From Eledone cirrhosa (taxonomy: Eukaryota), in the NCBI GenBank assembly GCA_964016885.1, contig OZ024742.1, forward strand, positions 79,918,001 through 79,982,000: a DNA stretch of 64,000 nucleotides, read 5' to 3'. A program made the position numbers and the translations under genes. Numbering within the stretch: the first letter of the stretch is position 1; the number at the start of each line of letters is the position of its first letter. Below the pieces are notes generated by a model. That model worked only from the letters and a program-made list of their open reading frames with translations. It did no database searches and was not told where the DNA came from. Of the stretch, positions 41,176 to 55,819 are shown piece by piece.

Positions 41176-42679
41176 GTAATCAGGTACAATTTTCTGTCAC
41201 TACTTCGACAAGTACCTTAACGTATATGTTTCAATGAGGAGATCTTAGTAGGATCGAAATCTGTCCAGTTCCATTTCCGGATCTTGCTGGAAAACGCAGC
41301 ATAATATTTGTTAATATTAATATTTTTTGTCTGATTTACATAAAATATATTCCTCGGCAACATTCGGTTTAAAAATAATAATGATATACTCAATAAAAAT
41401 ATATACCTTTACTTTCGGTAATTAGGCAATTATTGTTCGATAACAAATATGTAGACATCTATTTACCAAATGAATTGATTAATTTCAAATAAACGTATAT
41501 GTATTTCCTTGCTTTAAATAAATTCTGATATTATACCATTTAGGGATAATTTTCGCTTTGACGGAAAGAACATGGACGATTCTCATTATTACGAAAACGA
41601 TTGCGACTTTATTTCATTGAAACTGCAACACAGAAGTTGTTGCCAAGATAGAAGGAGCTTTTCATGTGGCGAGACATGCAGCAATTCAAATACAATGTTC
41701 TCTTAAACATTTCTGTTCGTATTCAAAGGAGTAGACAGGTGTATCGAGGATAGTTTAGTCTAGAATATCTACGGTAATCATGATTTGAACGCGTTTGACA
41801 AGACCTATAAAACAACAAGAACCATCTCAAGGTTAAATGATATTCTCCGTGATTTCAGCATTAAAAACATTGACTCAAAACTAAATTAATAAATAGCGCG
41901 ATGCATATTAGTTCAGGTACTCTTTGGTGTACTGTAATTATTCATATTTCATAAAACTATCCACAACAATAATTACAGCAACAGAAGTAAGAACACACAT
42001 TAAGAACATCAGTTATAACGGCAGTATTGTCAGAAATATTAGCTGCAATACTATTACAAATAATAGATCAACGCAAACCAAACAAATATACTTTTATAGA
42101 AACATATATACACACAAACACACACATACGCTCAAACAAAAACGCCCAGACACATGCATGCAAACATACATACGCACGCACGCACGCACACAGACACACA
42201 TACACATGCATACACACATACACACACACGCACACATATGACGATTACTGCATCTTGTCAGATGATAGCCGTGTCAACATCCTCTCAATACCTCCACCAC
42301 CTTTAGACACTCCCATCTGAATGGAAGTGAAGTATCAATGAAGCAACTGATTTACAAGGTCTCAGATGTATGACAGTATTGGTACTGGGTTCATTGATTC
42401 AGGATACGGAATTTCATGTTGATGGGTGTTTATATGGCGTTTTAATCCGGATGTTGTGTTACATATCTTGCAACAAGTAATAACATCTAGAGGTGTAGGG
42501 AGATTTGCAGCATAATGAACGTCTGTTCATGCGTTTTCATATGGTGTACAAAACCGGTTTTGAGAGAAGGACTTGGTGACAGAGATTGCAATACCAATAA
42601 TCAACATTTTCAATCCCTACCAATTCACCCTCTCTTAGTGCCCGTTGTAGCTTTGGTTTTGCACTTTTTTTCATTTCGT

Positions 42680-43310
42680 CCAACTATTGATATACTCAGT
42701 GAGTTTTTGTACTCAACGCATTACGGCCAAGAGCTTCCTTCCCGGTTGATGTATATGTTAACTCATACATTTTTTATTTTCCTTAATGCAGCCTTTGTTC
42801 CTTTTTTTAGACTTATGTTCGAGTTTTGTACTTGCATAAACTCAGCATGAAATATTTCCTTTGGAACCTACACATCATTCGTGCTAACAAAAGGCCGCAT
42901 GCCACGCATCTGACCTTTAACAACTAGGGAACTGATTGTAGAGCAATTCGATCCTTATAAAACTTCAGTAACAGGTGTTCTCAGTGGCGTACCTAGGATC
43001 TGCCGAAGGCACTTTTTGTGGAATCCTCGAAGTTTCTTGAAATGCTCCTGGTAATTGTCCATGCGTCACAGTAATACAGCAGATCTCTATGAGCACATAC
43101 ATCAAACAATGTTATTTTTGTCCTCAACGACGGATCACACCATGTTCACTAATTTTCAGAATGTAACATTTGCAATCTCTACTGGAAGATGATTTTATTC
43201 GTCGAACATCCTTGATAGAGTACTATCCATATACAAACAATTACTCATCACCGCCAACCTAGACCCATTCACACATATTTGGTGCAACATAAAGTTCTCC
43301 ACGTGTTGGT
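42680..43310 (-). pseudogene. RTE (BovB-like) LINE RT C-terminal fragment
   Basis: Minus strand reads LLYYCDAWT.YQEHFKKLRGFHKKCLRQILG...TEVL..SNCSTISSLVVKGQMR, resembling the RTE motif LLYGCETW...FH..CLR.IL. Confidence 0.7.
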
Positions 43311-44716
43311 GTATACATCATCTTGCTCTTAGTTAAGATTATTGTGAGCCCCGAAATAGCACATGCAGGTATACGTACATATATACACACACATACGTAT
43401 ATGCATATGCATATACATGCAAGCATACATTCATAAATGCATACATCGTTGCATACATACATACAATCATGCATACACATATATACAATCATACATAAGA
43501 ACATGCGTACATACATGTATACATAAATGTGTATGTACGCACATAAATACTTTCATACATGCAGTATAAATATGGGCGGAGCGTTCTCTAAGGAGAATAA
43601 TTACAACTTTAATATCAGCGATCATATGAGTAATAACACATATTTTAAAAGCTTAGCATAAAAAAAAGAGCAGCTGTAGTTGCGGCCATAATATTCATAA
43701 CACCAAAGTGGATGTCTAACGTGGAATGAACAGTAACAGCAGCATAATAACAATATGAAAGCTTACTGTAGCAACAGCATTAAGTATCTAAATTAAATAT
43801 GATGGCAAGAAGAGAGCGTGAAAATTCAAATAACAACGAATTGATATTGACGAAAATACCCCCCCCCCCCTCCACAAAAAAGAAAAACAAGTTTAATAAA
43901 GAAAATAAAACAACAGCAGCAACGTGAATGTCAATAGCTCCAGTAACGTCAACAACAAACAACGGTTGTGTTTGCAGTAATGGCAACTGGATTATATCAA
44001 CACTGTGTTTTGTGCGTCAACAGTGACACTGAGCTGGAACGTACGCTTTTCCTCTTTGAGTTAGTTTTTCTTGATCAAAGCTGCTACATCAAGGTAGTGA
44101 ACTATGAACACACTTGAACATGAATGCACACAGGATTTTCCAAATGCATCGCTCGATAATAATTATGTGCGAGTAAAAATTAATCCAACAAGAAAACTCC
44201 AAATGATTTTTTGTATGGATAATGAATTCTTTTCACACCGTTTTTCACGGAACAAGGATCTCAAAGCAAATAAATTGAAGCGAGCAACATCTGAATTAGG
44301 CCAGTGTTTTCTAATTATGCTTGCCTGGAATGAATTAGATGAAAATGCAGTTTGAGAATTCCAAAGTTCCCTGATTACATTAACTGACATGGGATATAAT
44401 ATTCTATTGTAGGAAATGATTTCACGAGTAAAAACATTTAAAAAGAGAATGAAGAAAACAAACATAATAGAAACAATATACAATTCAAGAGAAGCATTAC
44501 AACCTAAATGTCCTTCTAACACCCTCTAAAAACAAATTAAAATAATCTTCATTTCTCAAGTTTGTGCTGATTACATAAAATAGTAGGGATATTTTAGAAG
44601 TAGTAGCTGCTTGGTAATGGATATGACCTAAGAACGAATGATGTAGCTGTAACAGCAACCTTGTGTTAAGAAGTCACAGTCGTTTCTACTTTGTTTTATT
44701 TTGTAATGATGGCCTT

Positions 44717-44900
44717 TCATTTAGGCACAATGCAAACAATTTTAGAGAGAGTAAAGTCGATTAAATCGACCTCAATGCATTATAGGTACTTTATTTCATC
44801 AACCCTCGTAAAGATGAAAAGGAAAGCTAACCTCGGTGGGATTTGAACACTGAATGTAAAGTACAGTAATTCTATGCCGCGAAATATGGTGTCCGTCACC
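44717..44900 (-). mobile_element. Degenerate tRNA-derived SINE
   Basis: GGTACTTTATTTCATCAACCC...GATGAAAAGGAAAGCTAACCTCGGTGGGATTTGAAC. Confidence 0.75.
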
Positions 44901-45999
44901 TTTGATAATAACAATCCAGCGCACAGTTTTATTTTGTAATAATGTAACATCTTCACAGAAAATACACTAAAGTTACTACATGTGTTCTACGCTACAATCA
45001 TGTCAATAGAGTCCCCCACCCACTATGACAAGAATGCTGTAGGCGAAAGACGTTATTAGTATGACAAAAGTACGGATCCTCAATAGATTTCAAGAATGAG
45101 TATATGGTTGCTTGATTAATTAAGTAACTTGCTCGTACATAGCTGTAGCTGTATATTATTCAGATACATGTGCCCTTAACGCAATTTTCTGGAAGACAAG
45201 GTGCTAATCAATGTCAAAAGGATGGACGTTTGACTTCTAGGCATATTCTCTCTGATGGGTTCCAACAAAATTTCCATCTACTCAATTTAAATCAATTTCA
45301 TGGATCCTGAATGTCAGAAAATATGTTTTACACATTAAACTTTAATTGCTTCTATACTTACAAAACACAACAGAGGTTAGTATAAGATTAACAATATTTC
45401 AGAAATTACGAGGAATACACCACAATATAATTGTTTCAGTTTGAATGTGTGATCTCAAACAATCTCCATCTGTGAAAATAACATTTGTATGTGTCCCTTA
45501 TATGGTTATCCTAGCATTATCATGATGAAACATAAAAAAACAAAAACAAAAAACTAAAAAAAAAACTGTGACGGGAGAAACACCTTTAAAAAAATATCAG
45601 ATGCATCTGTAAAAAATCTAGCATAAGCCTAACAGAATGCAAATCCCACGAGAAATATGAGAATATAGTTTTACAATTATGAAGAGGGATAGTTTCATGG
45701 AAAATGTGGAGTAGAGTGTGCCATAAAAAGCAAGATCACAATACTAACGCTCCCTGTATATTTTCCCATTATAAATGCCCCAATTGGTAAGGTAAAACAT
45801 ATTTTGTATAAAATAAATTATTTTGAGCTTTGCCTATATCATGGTGATTCTAGTGGAAAGTGTGATTATGTTGCATGAAATCATGAACATGTGAAACCAA
45901 ATATAACCATACAATAATTGTTTATTTTATTAATCTATTATATTTAGTAAACCAGCTCTGAATATAAAGGCGTACAAGGAAGAAACAAGTTCAGTTAAG

Positions 46000-48485
46000 T
46001 TAACTCCAGTCATATATTTTTCAGAGTTTCTTTTTTGAAATCCGGGACCTTGCGACGATGAGCTTCGACTACTTGAAGAACACACTGCTTCTCCTCCTCA
46101 TTCTTGGTGATGGCAACAAAATCAGTTATCAACTTGACTGCTCTCTAATCCAGATCGTTGACAACCTTTATACTGTGAACAACAGCACAGGCATTTTGAT
46201 ATGACGCTTGTGATGACCAAGTTGCACGTGACAGCTCAAGCCAAGTACCGTCGAGACCAAGGAGATCGAACAGAAGCCTTGATTTCTTCCCAACTAGATG
46301 ACACTGCTTCGTGGACGACTTCAACTTGGGAAATACTGGACCACCACGGTCGAGAGGCCTAGACGTTTTCGTTTTGACAAGACGTTGGGCTATTTGTTCT
46401 TTCTCGCACTCATGTACCCGACTTGAAAATGGCTTCCTCTGCCAGGTACCAAAGATGCCTGCTCAGAGCAGTAGTAGCTGCCTGCGAGAGATCTTTGTCA
46501 ACCTTACTGTACTGTGTCCACTCCACGTAGAATTGAAGGTCATTGGATGGCGCATCATCACGCTTAACTGCTGTCAGCCAGTATCGCACGTAGAACAGAG
46601 CATTGATCATACAGATCCGGCGCAACCTTTCCATTTTAGCTTGATCGTAATTGAGTCGCTTACCAAATGCATACATCTTTGCACTATAGATGATTGTGGA
46701 CATCCATCGAGCGTTAAGATGTGCACTAGACAGCATCCAATGAATTCCACGCGGAGTGGTGACACCAAGCAAGATCAACATCAACTCGGTACATTATCGG
46801 TAGTCGTACCATGGAAGAGAACTCATTTTCCCATCGTTGGATGTCAGCAAATCCTGGAGGAACTTGATGTTCTCAGAACACAGACGCTTAAGTCTCCGGT
46901 CGACAATGTTCAATGTTTTAAAGTTGGTCTTGTCCGTGAGTGACACCCAATCTTTTTTGAACTCCTTGAACTCTGGCGTGTCTGGACTGGACATTGCTCC
47001 GAATAGTTGTTGCCACACTGCACAGAAGATACGCTCCATGACATGGTGCCGACAAGCAAAATAAAACACCTTTTTGTTGAGCATATCTTCTAGTTTCACG
47101 CAGGCACCATTTTTCCATTCAGAATTCGAAGCAGTTGTGTCGAAGACCAAGCCCACCACATACCCATCAACATTCCAATCTTTAACAAGATCAAATGAGG
47201 CTTTGGCTTTAGTGGTTCCAGTGCCATCAGGAATTATGGGAACACCAAGGAGTTTACCTTCTCTGAAGTCCGGAGTTCCAGCAAATAGCACACCTAGCCT
47301 CTCGTGGTCACCAGGAATTATTTTGCCATCCCAATGCAAAGTAACAAAGTCTGGTTCAGCAAATTGTTCCTTTATGTGTTCAGCCCCCACAGTTCTGATC
47401 TTCTTAGCTGCACGTCTGCTACTATTCTTGGAGAGAGTTGTGGCGTCTATGTCAGTCCCACCCTCAGAAATAATAGATGCCATAAATGCTGTTCTCTGGC
47501 CCAGTGTCAGGTTTAAACGATCAGCCATTAGAGAAATTTTTGGACTTTGAAATGGATTCTTTGGGAGTCTCAGCTGGATTTTTCGTTTCTTGTCTGATTT
47601 TGAGCTGTCTCTGGGTGGGTTTGAGGCCTGAAATTCAGGATCCAGTTCATCTTCAGTTTGATCATTGGTTGAACTTGAATCACTCAGTTCATTATGTGGA
47701 AGTTGTGCTGCTACATATCCTGACAAACGCTTTCTATGGTTCTCTGGCTCTCGACGAGCTACTGAAACCTGATCAGGCTTAAACTTTGAAGATAACTTTT
47801 TCTGGTAACGCTTGTCTTCAGCACCCAGAGATACTCTTTTCTGGCAGCGCAGGGCTTCGAGAAATGTAGCATCTTACATTTTCTGTTCATTATTACGAAG
47901 ACGGTCTGTCAAAATTTTCTTTTCAGCATCAATATGTACAATGTAGAAATACGAATCCAATTCATAAATAAATAGTGCTTCCTTTTCTTTGTTAGACTTA
48001 TGACCTTTGGTTTTTTTAAATGTCTGTATTCACTGTATATGTTTATAATTTTCAGTTTCACTTTGTCTTTTCGTTGAGTCGCCACACCAGCTTTTTCCTA
48101 CTGACTAACTACTTCCATAACAACCCTATCTGCAATAGCACCATTGAAACTCACATGCTTTTCGTGTTTCATATGACCATCTTTCAGATCGAAGAAATGT
48201 CTCAGAACATCCCCCATTGTTGGTATTTTGTTTGGTGAAAAGGATGTAACATATTGCCCCAGGAGCCATATTTCTCGGTCATCACAACGGAGTAAGTAGC
48301 TACAACTAGGTCCACTAGTTTCCGCCATTATTCTGTCAATTTGCAACTATTAGGCATGGCTTAAATTAGTCTGAAATAATCAAAATTACATTATAAATTG
48401 ATAATATACAAAATAGCATGAGAAAATGCATAGGGAGCTAAGAAAAAACACTTTTGTGTAACATGTGGGATTCTGGAACACCCTA
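46000..48485 (-). mobile_element. hAT-superfamily (hATm-like) DNA transposon, frameshifted transposase
   Basis: ATG at 48328; IPTMGDVL, LHWDGK, ERL, LLGVP...GTG, VFDTTASN, GAC, ACRHHVME, H.NARWM, RHLWYL, VVND..RAVKL, LQVVE.HR. Candidate 5' terminus TAGGGTGTTCC (minus strand) starts at 48485; the partner TIR was not found. Confidence 0.85.
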
Positions 48486-49260
48486 ATGTGGAGTTTTGTT
48501 TTGAAATGAAGTGGCAGGGTGGTTTTCAGCAACAAATAAAATTCAAAAGCAAAGTCTATAGGAAAATTAGCAACAATAACAAGAACAAAAGAAGCAATAG
48601 CAACAGAAGTGTAAACAGCCTAAAATGATAATGGGGAGTAATCGGCAGCAACTTGAAAATCGCAATGAAATTGACAAGAACAAAATCAAAAACAAAAGAA
48701 AAGAGAATATACAACGCATCAACGACTGGTTTGTTGTCCTTTAGTGTAGAAACAATAACATGAACAACTGAAGAAGTATTAACAATGAAGATTGCAACAA
48801 CAATATCAACAGTAACAGTAAGAGAGAATACTGAAAGGAGGAAGAACAAAGACATTATCAATGGAGAATAAACACAAAATCAAAACGAAATAAACCGACA
48901 GCAATTCCATTGGCAATATCACGATCATTGTCAGAAGTAACAGTGACAACAACAATTAACTTTAACTATAACAAAAAATATCAACAGTAATTAATAATAA
49001 CACTATCACTGTTGGAGACAACACATATTCCGTTGATAAAAGATGCAGCGACGCAACAGAAGCAGCTGTTAAGAATAATCCGAAAAACAACAACAGCAAC
49101 ATCACGAAAAACATCAAGAGCCACAACACTATTACCAGCATTGTCAATAACGGAAACAGCTCGATGAATGAATGCAGACATGACATCCACCTTAGAAATA
49201 TTTAAAACGCAATGTGGTTCTAAGCAGCTGGAAAGACTCATATTTAGGAAATGATTGAGA

Positions 49261-49485
49261 GCGGTGTATTGGCGGTATCGGTAGAGCGTCAGACGCCATA
49301 CTTTGCAGCATAGAGGTATGGCTCATTACGTTCTGAGTTCAAATCCCGCCGTGTTTAGTTTTGACTTTCATCCTTGCGGGGTCGATAAATTAAACACCAA
49401 TAATCTATTGGAGTTGATTTAATCGACTTTCTCCCCCTCCTCCTAAATTACTGTCCTTGTGCCCATAGTAGAAATCATTATTATT
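49261..49485 (+). mobile_element. tRNA-derived SINE
   Basis: GCGGTGTATTGGCGGTATCGGTAG...CTGAGTTCAAATCCCGCC...TTTCATCCTTGCGGGGTCGATAAATTAAA. Confidence 0.88.
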
Positions 49486-50447
49486 GTTATTTCCTATTGG
49501 CGAAACGCCGAGCACCTATTTAATTGGTTGTATCTACCTCTGACGTCATGTAATTCAAAGGAATCGATAAGGATTGGATCAAACTTGTGATTATATTTAA
49601 CTTTTCTTAAGGTTAAAATATGTAGATATCGTGTAAAGTAGACTTGTTTGACATAGGTGTCACAAATTAGCACTTCATTTGGTTTTAGGGCTAAAATAGT
49701 ATCGTTTATTAATTAAATCACGTAGAGGGAAGAATACATTCGGAACCAGTTCAACAGAGAGGCTGAACATATGAGATAACCTAATATATTGTATCTATAT
49801 ATTACGCTATACCTCTATATCAACGGATTTGATTGTCATACAGTGAGGTGGACATAACTCTTCAGTTGTTTAAAAGTTTAAAATAAAATGTGCCAGGTGG
49901 TGCTATTAAGTTAGACATGGCCTCGGCCAATACAGGCCAAAACCTATCCAAGTTATCAAAGTTATAAGACGTAAAATGAAATAGTGGTTTTCAAGAAAAT
50001 ATGAGGCACGAGATGGGAAACCAGAAAGCAGTTCACCTTACTGGGCACTATCTCGATCCAAATCAGTTGAGATGTGGTACGTGTGTGAAAGACAACTTCT
50101 ACCCGAGTAAGTTCGAGAGGAAACATATCAGAAAACATGAGCTATATTGTCAGCTTGTTATCTTCGCATATTGGTAATGGAGCCTGAATTAACACCAAGT
50201 TTTGAAGGATACCGCTGAAAAATGTATTAATACAGGGAATATCCCAGAAGTGATGGTTCTGTTGTGTAGACCTAGGTCAGTGATGACTGAAAACAATTAA
50301 AATTGAAAGTGCTTCAGTTGTGGCATACTTATAAGTTTTCAAACGTAATGTAGCTCTGAGTCATAGTTTCTTTAGTTTGATGAATCATTAAAGATAAGGT
50401 CATATTTACACAAAATAGTAGCAAGTATTATTTCCGAAAAGCATTAG

Positions 50448-50800
50448 TTACTGAGTATAGCAGGGAGCAGCGACATTGAGGCTGCTCCCCACGGATAACA
50501 CCGCAACAACATTTTCGTAGACAATGGTCTGCGACTCCCGCTGCAACAGCCACACAACCTTGAACACGCCTGAGGTCTCGAGGGCAACCGGTGCGAAGAG
50601 GAACGTCAGCATAGTGTGCAAGATGAAGGATCTAACTTCTTCGAATAGGAAGAGGGTAATTCCGTCGTGGCGCTTGCCGTCTCCGCGGTTGAGGCCGGCT
50701 GACTCCAGTTGTGATTGGAAGGCAGATGCTTGTGTAATAAACCGGGAGGTTATATCCGTAGTTGGTAGAACACTCACTTCAAAGTATGAGTTTGGTATAG
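50448..50800 (-). pseudogene. Fragment of CRE-like non-LTR retrotransposon restriction-like endonuclease domain
   Basis: LESAGLNRGDGKRHDGITL...F.PVALETSG resembles the EPxGLxRxDGKRPDG...FxPxAxETxG motif; internal deletion. Confidence 0.6.
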
Positions 50801-50862
50801 ATTTACATCCACAACAAAAATACTTCTGTTCTTACGCAGTCATACACAGGTTGAAAATCTGT

Positions 50863-51002
<140 letters not shown>

Positions 51003-51071
51003 TATGAAGAGAGAAGAAACATTTAGATATAATTAGTAATAAAATGTATCATACCTAAAGTGTTCCTAGAT

Positions 51072-51161
51072 TCCTCGACTACGTAGTTTCGTGGCATAAA
51101 CAAAAACAATACATCATAAAGATATAGAGTCCCTGCGAGGTCTGCCGACTTATCAAGAGGA
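51072..51161 (-). ncRNA. Type I hammerhead (U3-A8)
   Basis: tcctc-TTGATAA-GTcGGCA...TGCCAC-GAAA-CTACGTAG-TC-gagga. Confidence 0.8.
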
Positions 51162-51519
51162 TACCTCATTTTACTAGCCTCAAGAACGCGTTTACATGGA
51201 TGCATTCATGTATATGTGTGTGTCCGCATGTATCTGTGTGTTTCTAAATATATTGTTAATAACTCCCTCTGGTTGAGTAATCTTTGAAGTGTGGTGACTG
51301 CTGTAAAGCTGCCATTACTCATACTTCTCTCCTCCTTCACCACCTCTTCTACGGCTTCGATATAAATACCCCCTCCACCTCCGTGGTATTTTCTTCGGGG
51401 TTATAAGAGGCTTAGCTCTGTTTCTCGACCGTTATATCGCGTGACTATCTCCCCCTCCGCCTTTTGGGATTCTTTCTCACGTCGTGTAGACGCGTTCTTG
51501 AGGCTAGTAAAATGAGGTA

Positions 51520-51609
51520 TCTTCTTGATAAGTCGGCAGACCTCGCAGGGAGTCTATATCTTTATGATGTATTGTTTTTGTTTATGCCACGAAACTACGT
51601 AGTCGAGGA
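51520..51609 (+). ncRNA. Type I hammerhead (U3-A8)
   Basis: tcttc-TTGATAA-GTcGGCA...TGCCAC-GAAA-CTACGTAG-TC-gagga, with a 10-nt palindrome ACTACGTAGT. Confidence 0.8.
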
Positions 51610-51840
51610 ATCTAGGAACAGTTTAGGTACGATACATTTTATTACTAATTATATCTAAATGTTTCTTCTCTCTTCATAATGTATTTTTAACTCTGACACT
51701 GGTTCAGTCTAGTTCAACCGGATTGGTCTGTCCCAGTCATTCATTGAGCAACATCGGTGAGGTTGGCACCCTTAACTCACGGTTGGGTGTGGATGCATTC
51801 ATGTATATGTGTGTGTCCGCATGTATCTGTGTGTTTCTAA

Positions 51841-51896
<56 letters not shown>

Positions 51897-51917
51897 TACT
51901 TTGGGAGGGTCATTTTG

Positions 51918-51981
<64 letters not shown>

Positions 51982-52419
51982 GTGTGTGTGTGTGTGTGTG
52001 AATGTGTATAATGAGTGTGCGTGTGTTGCTTACATTCTATGCACAATCCATGGTGTTGCCTGGTGTGTACCTCTGTATTTTGTTGTAAACTGTGTGGCGA
52101 AAACCTTGGTCCAGTTAAGGCTGATAGAGTCAATGAAGAGTACAATAGAGTGTTTGGCCACCAGGAGATTTCTTAGTTTCCGTTAGTCAAATGAAGTATA
52201 TCTACCTCGCTGTTCTTTCCTGAGGAATAAACGATCTTTATATGAGAGAAGACAAATAATAATGATTTCATTTATTGGCCACACGGGCCGACATATAGGG
52301 GACAATACAAAAGACTGGGACAGTGGGTTTTACAGAAAAATTGAGTAAACAATATGAATAACAATAACAAAGTAACAATAACAATACAACAAGAAAAATT
52401 CCCCAATAAGGGGGATGAC

Positions 52420-55400
52420 CACCCAGGGTTCGCTCAGGTACCCCACCAATCCTGAACGACCCGCCGCTTCGAGAGCACCCTGGAAGGGCACCCCTCTCCT
52501 CCTCAAATTTACCCACCTACAGCCGCATGACCAGAGTAGGCCCACTCACACGGGCCATTCTCGCAACATTTACCCACCTTTCAGCAAAAGTTCGGGGGGG
52601 GGGGGCAGCCCTTCTCTCTCCACCCTCACCTTCCTTTCCAAGTGAAACTTGAAAAAGTTGATGAGGGATTGGCCGAAGAGAAAAGTGTCTGTCTTCAGTC
52701 CTTTCAACCTCGTCCACCATACAACCTCTTTCGCTACTGCCACCAGACAGAGGAACATTTCCTCCCCTTCCTGGCCAAAAGAAGGCGGCGGGTCGATCTT
52801 CCCTATGGACTCGGTCGATAGCCGGATCCTTTCTACACGCGACAACAGCTGTTCAACATAACTCCATAAGTCAGTAATGCACGGACACTGGACGAGTGCG
52901 TGCCAAACGGTTGCATCGCTCTACGCGCATCTCGGGCAGGTCTGTCTGACAGCACTTCTGTGCCTGTAGAGTTTATCTCGAACTGGCAGTGCCCTCGGTA
53001 ACACTGCCTAGCGAGGGAATTTTGGAAATTATCCATCGTCCCCGGCTCGAAGGTCCTCCAGAACATACTGGTTAGTTCGACTTCGTCGTCTCCCTGAGCC
53101 TCTCCGAGCCTCTCCGAGTGCGTCGTCGCACTTTCCCAACAATAATCCTATATAGAACTCGAGAGTGGAAGTTCCACTGACCGCATTTCCCGCCTGGTAG
53201 AGGGCAGTGAGTGCCTGACAACATTCCAGATGCCAGTCACCCAGTCTCGGTCTTTTCGTGACCCAGAAGTGCAGCTCAGTCAAAGAACCGAGCTGCGGAA
53301 AGGCCAGTATGACAAACGACGACCACACTCGTTCACTGTTTAGGCAGAATATCTGGAGATGCCGCAGACTCAGCGTGTATCTGCGCATCATTAGCCACAT
53401 CGTGCCCAGCCCTCCAGGTAGAGGGTGCTGGCAGCAGATGAATCGCCTCACCAGCGGAACCTGACCCCTCCACAAGAATTTGAAGAGGAGCCGCTCCAAG
53501 ATGGCGAGGCGCGAACGGGGGCAAGGGACGACGGTCAGACGGTAGTAGATGACGCACGGTATGTACGCGTTCGCCACCTCTGCCCGACCTGTCAGTGATA
53601 GCTTCCTCCAAGCCCATTCCTGGGTGAGACGGGCTACCCTTCCCGTCACCTCGTCCCAATTCTTATCCACCTGCAGGTCTGGCCTAAACCAAACCCCGAG
53701 CAACTTTACCGGTCCGTCCGTCCAGCGCCTAACGACGCTGTTGGACGGCATGGACTTGCCTCTCCAGGTGCCGAGTTGCAAGCCCACCGACTTTTCCGGA
53801 TTAAGTTTTGCTCCCGTCAACCTTTCGTATTCCTCCAATAAGTTGCCGACCACCTCGATTTCTGAGGTGTCCGACACCATCACGGTGATGTCGTCCGCAT
53901 AATCCGACACAGTGTTTCCGCGTCCCAGTTCGAGCGGGATACCCTGCAACAGCTCCAGCTTCCGTAGTAAAGGCTCGAGAGTCAATATGTACAGAAGGGA
54001 GGAGAGAGGGCACCCTTGACGGACCGATCGGGAGATCGGAAACGGTTCCAAGAGGTGGCCATTAATTTTGACCACCGAGTAGGTGCCGCTCTGAATTGCA
54101 GCGATCCAGCTTCTGAAGACAGGGCCGAAGCCTTGAGGACAGCCTTCAGGTACCGATAGTCGACCCTATCTAATTTTATCAGAGCCCGACCGAAGACAGG
54201 TGTACACCCTACCCGCTGTATGATGTATCGCATTAGGTGGAGGTTGTCGTGTATGGACCTGGTTGGGATTGCGCAAGTTTGCGCCTCTCCAACCAAATCC
54301 CCAACGACAAGCGCCAACCACTTCGCTAACACCCTTGCCAAAATCTTAAACTCTGTGTTGAGCAGAGTTATGGGCCTGAAATTGTCTAATGTGTCCCTCT
54401 TGTTCTCGTCTTTCCTTATCAGCGTCACTACGCCCCGGCTTACAGAACTGGGAATACACCCGTTTGTGCTGCAAGTTGCAGTAGAGGGCTTCGAGGAGAT
54501 TGGAGAACAAGTCTGGCATATTTACGTAAAGCTCGTAGGGCAGACAATCCAAAACGGGTGACTTGCGCCTCGTGCAGCCTACAAGGCCATCCTGAATCTC
54601 GGCTGAACTAATTGGCCTTTCGCAGCGCCCAGCATCAGCCCTCAAGAGTTGCGGCAAGCCATCAAGGTAGGCACTGAAATCCGCCACCGTTCCTGACCCG
54701 CCACTTCCCCCGAACAACCAAGCAAAATGTTGGCGAAAGGCCTCATGCATCCGCTTGGAATCGCTAAGCTCGTGTCCGTCTCGATCCGTCAATAACTGAA
54801 TCGTGGTTTTATTACCACACTGCGCCTCCGCCACGTGGGCCCATCGAACAGCTTTAGTTCCCTCGTTTCTCAGAGCACGCGCCTTAGCTCTGACAATGCA
54901 ACCTTCGTGTTTCGCATTGAAGAAATGGTCTAATGCCATTCTCGCCGCTAGCACGTCAGTTGCAATGCCACTACCAATAGCCTCGTCTAACTTAACTACC
55001 AACTCCCACTCCTTTCTATTTTTCTCTAACGCTACTTCTTTGCTAAACTCTATCGACATTACTCTAATCTCTCTTTTGAGAGCCCCCACCATCTATTGTT
55101 AACGACTCCCCTGTCAACTTTTTCTTAACTAAATTGTTGTCCTGGTCCCTGTAAGCATTACGTGAAGGAAATGATATGTTTAGCTTCCAGTAACCAGGTC
55201 CTAACCTACGCGTCTTATCTAGGTCGACCATATAGATCACAAACTTGTGATCTGAATAGGCGACCGTTTTAAAACGTGGACAGCTTACACTATTTCTGCC
55301 TATTTTCCTAATGAATATCCTGTCTATATACGATCTAGATTACCCTATGCGGTTAGTCCAGGTCCCCACTGGCGCATTAGGCAAATCTAGTCGGTACCTG

Positions 55401-55780
55401 TCAGAGAGTTGGAACTGGCTGATCAGGTTCTTGAGGCTTTTGCACCCCCACTCGTATTGGATACTCCTACACAGTACCAGCGTACGTCTAAGATGCCGTT
55501 CCAGTCTCCCGCTAACAGGAAAGGGCGAGACGTATCCAGAAAGGCTTCCAGGCGTCTAAAGAAGTCCGGCCGTCCTGACCCAGTAGGAGTATAGATGCAA
55601 TGATCTGATAGTCGTCGAAAATTGGGGCTAGTGCGCGCGTGTCGGAAATCCTGGTCTCGCTGACGGCAATTACATCCATTTCTAGAGACCTGAGGTCGTT
55701 GAGCAGGTCACCCTTCTTCCAGGACGATCCCAGGCCTCGAACGTTTAAAGTTCCTACTCTTTATATATTAATACGGCCAT
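52420..55780 (-). pseudogene. LINE ORF2: APE endonuclease + reverse transcriptase
   Basis: VGTLNVRGL, IAVSET, SDHK, KSP.LD.LPYE.Y, NFRPITLLNTEFKILA, SVRQGCPLS.LLY.L.LEP, YADDIT, LN.EKS, KLLGVWF. Frameshifts and deletions are present, including loss of the D.xKAFD motif core. Confidence 0.93.
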
Positions 55781-55819
55781 GTTGGCAGGTTAAAAAGAGA
55801 GAGAGAGGAAAGGTTTACT

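Noticed and set aside
48550-49240. Hydrophobic membrane-protein-like minus-strand ORFs
   Set aside because: They arise from degenerate (AAC/AGC/AAT)-rich low-complexity DNA.
52033-52220. Exon-like segment on the minus strand (tttattcctcag acceptor ... gtaagc donor)
   Set aside because: All three frames contain stops and no partner exons were identified. A non-coding exon cannot be excluded without RNA-seq.
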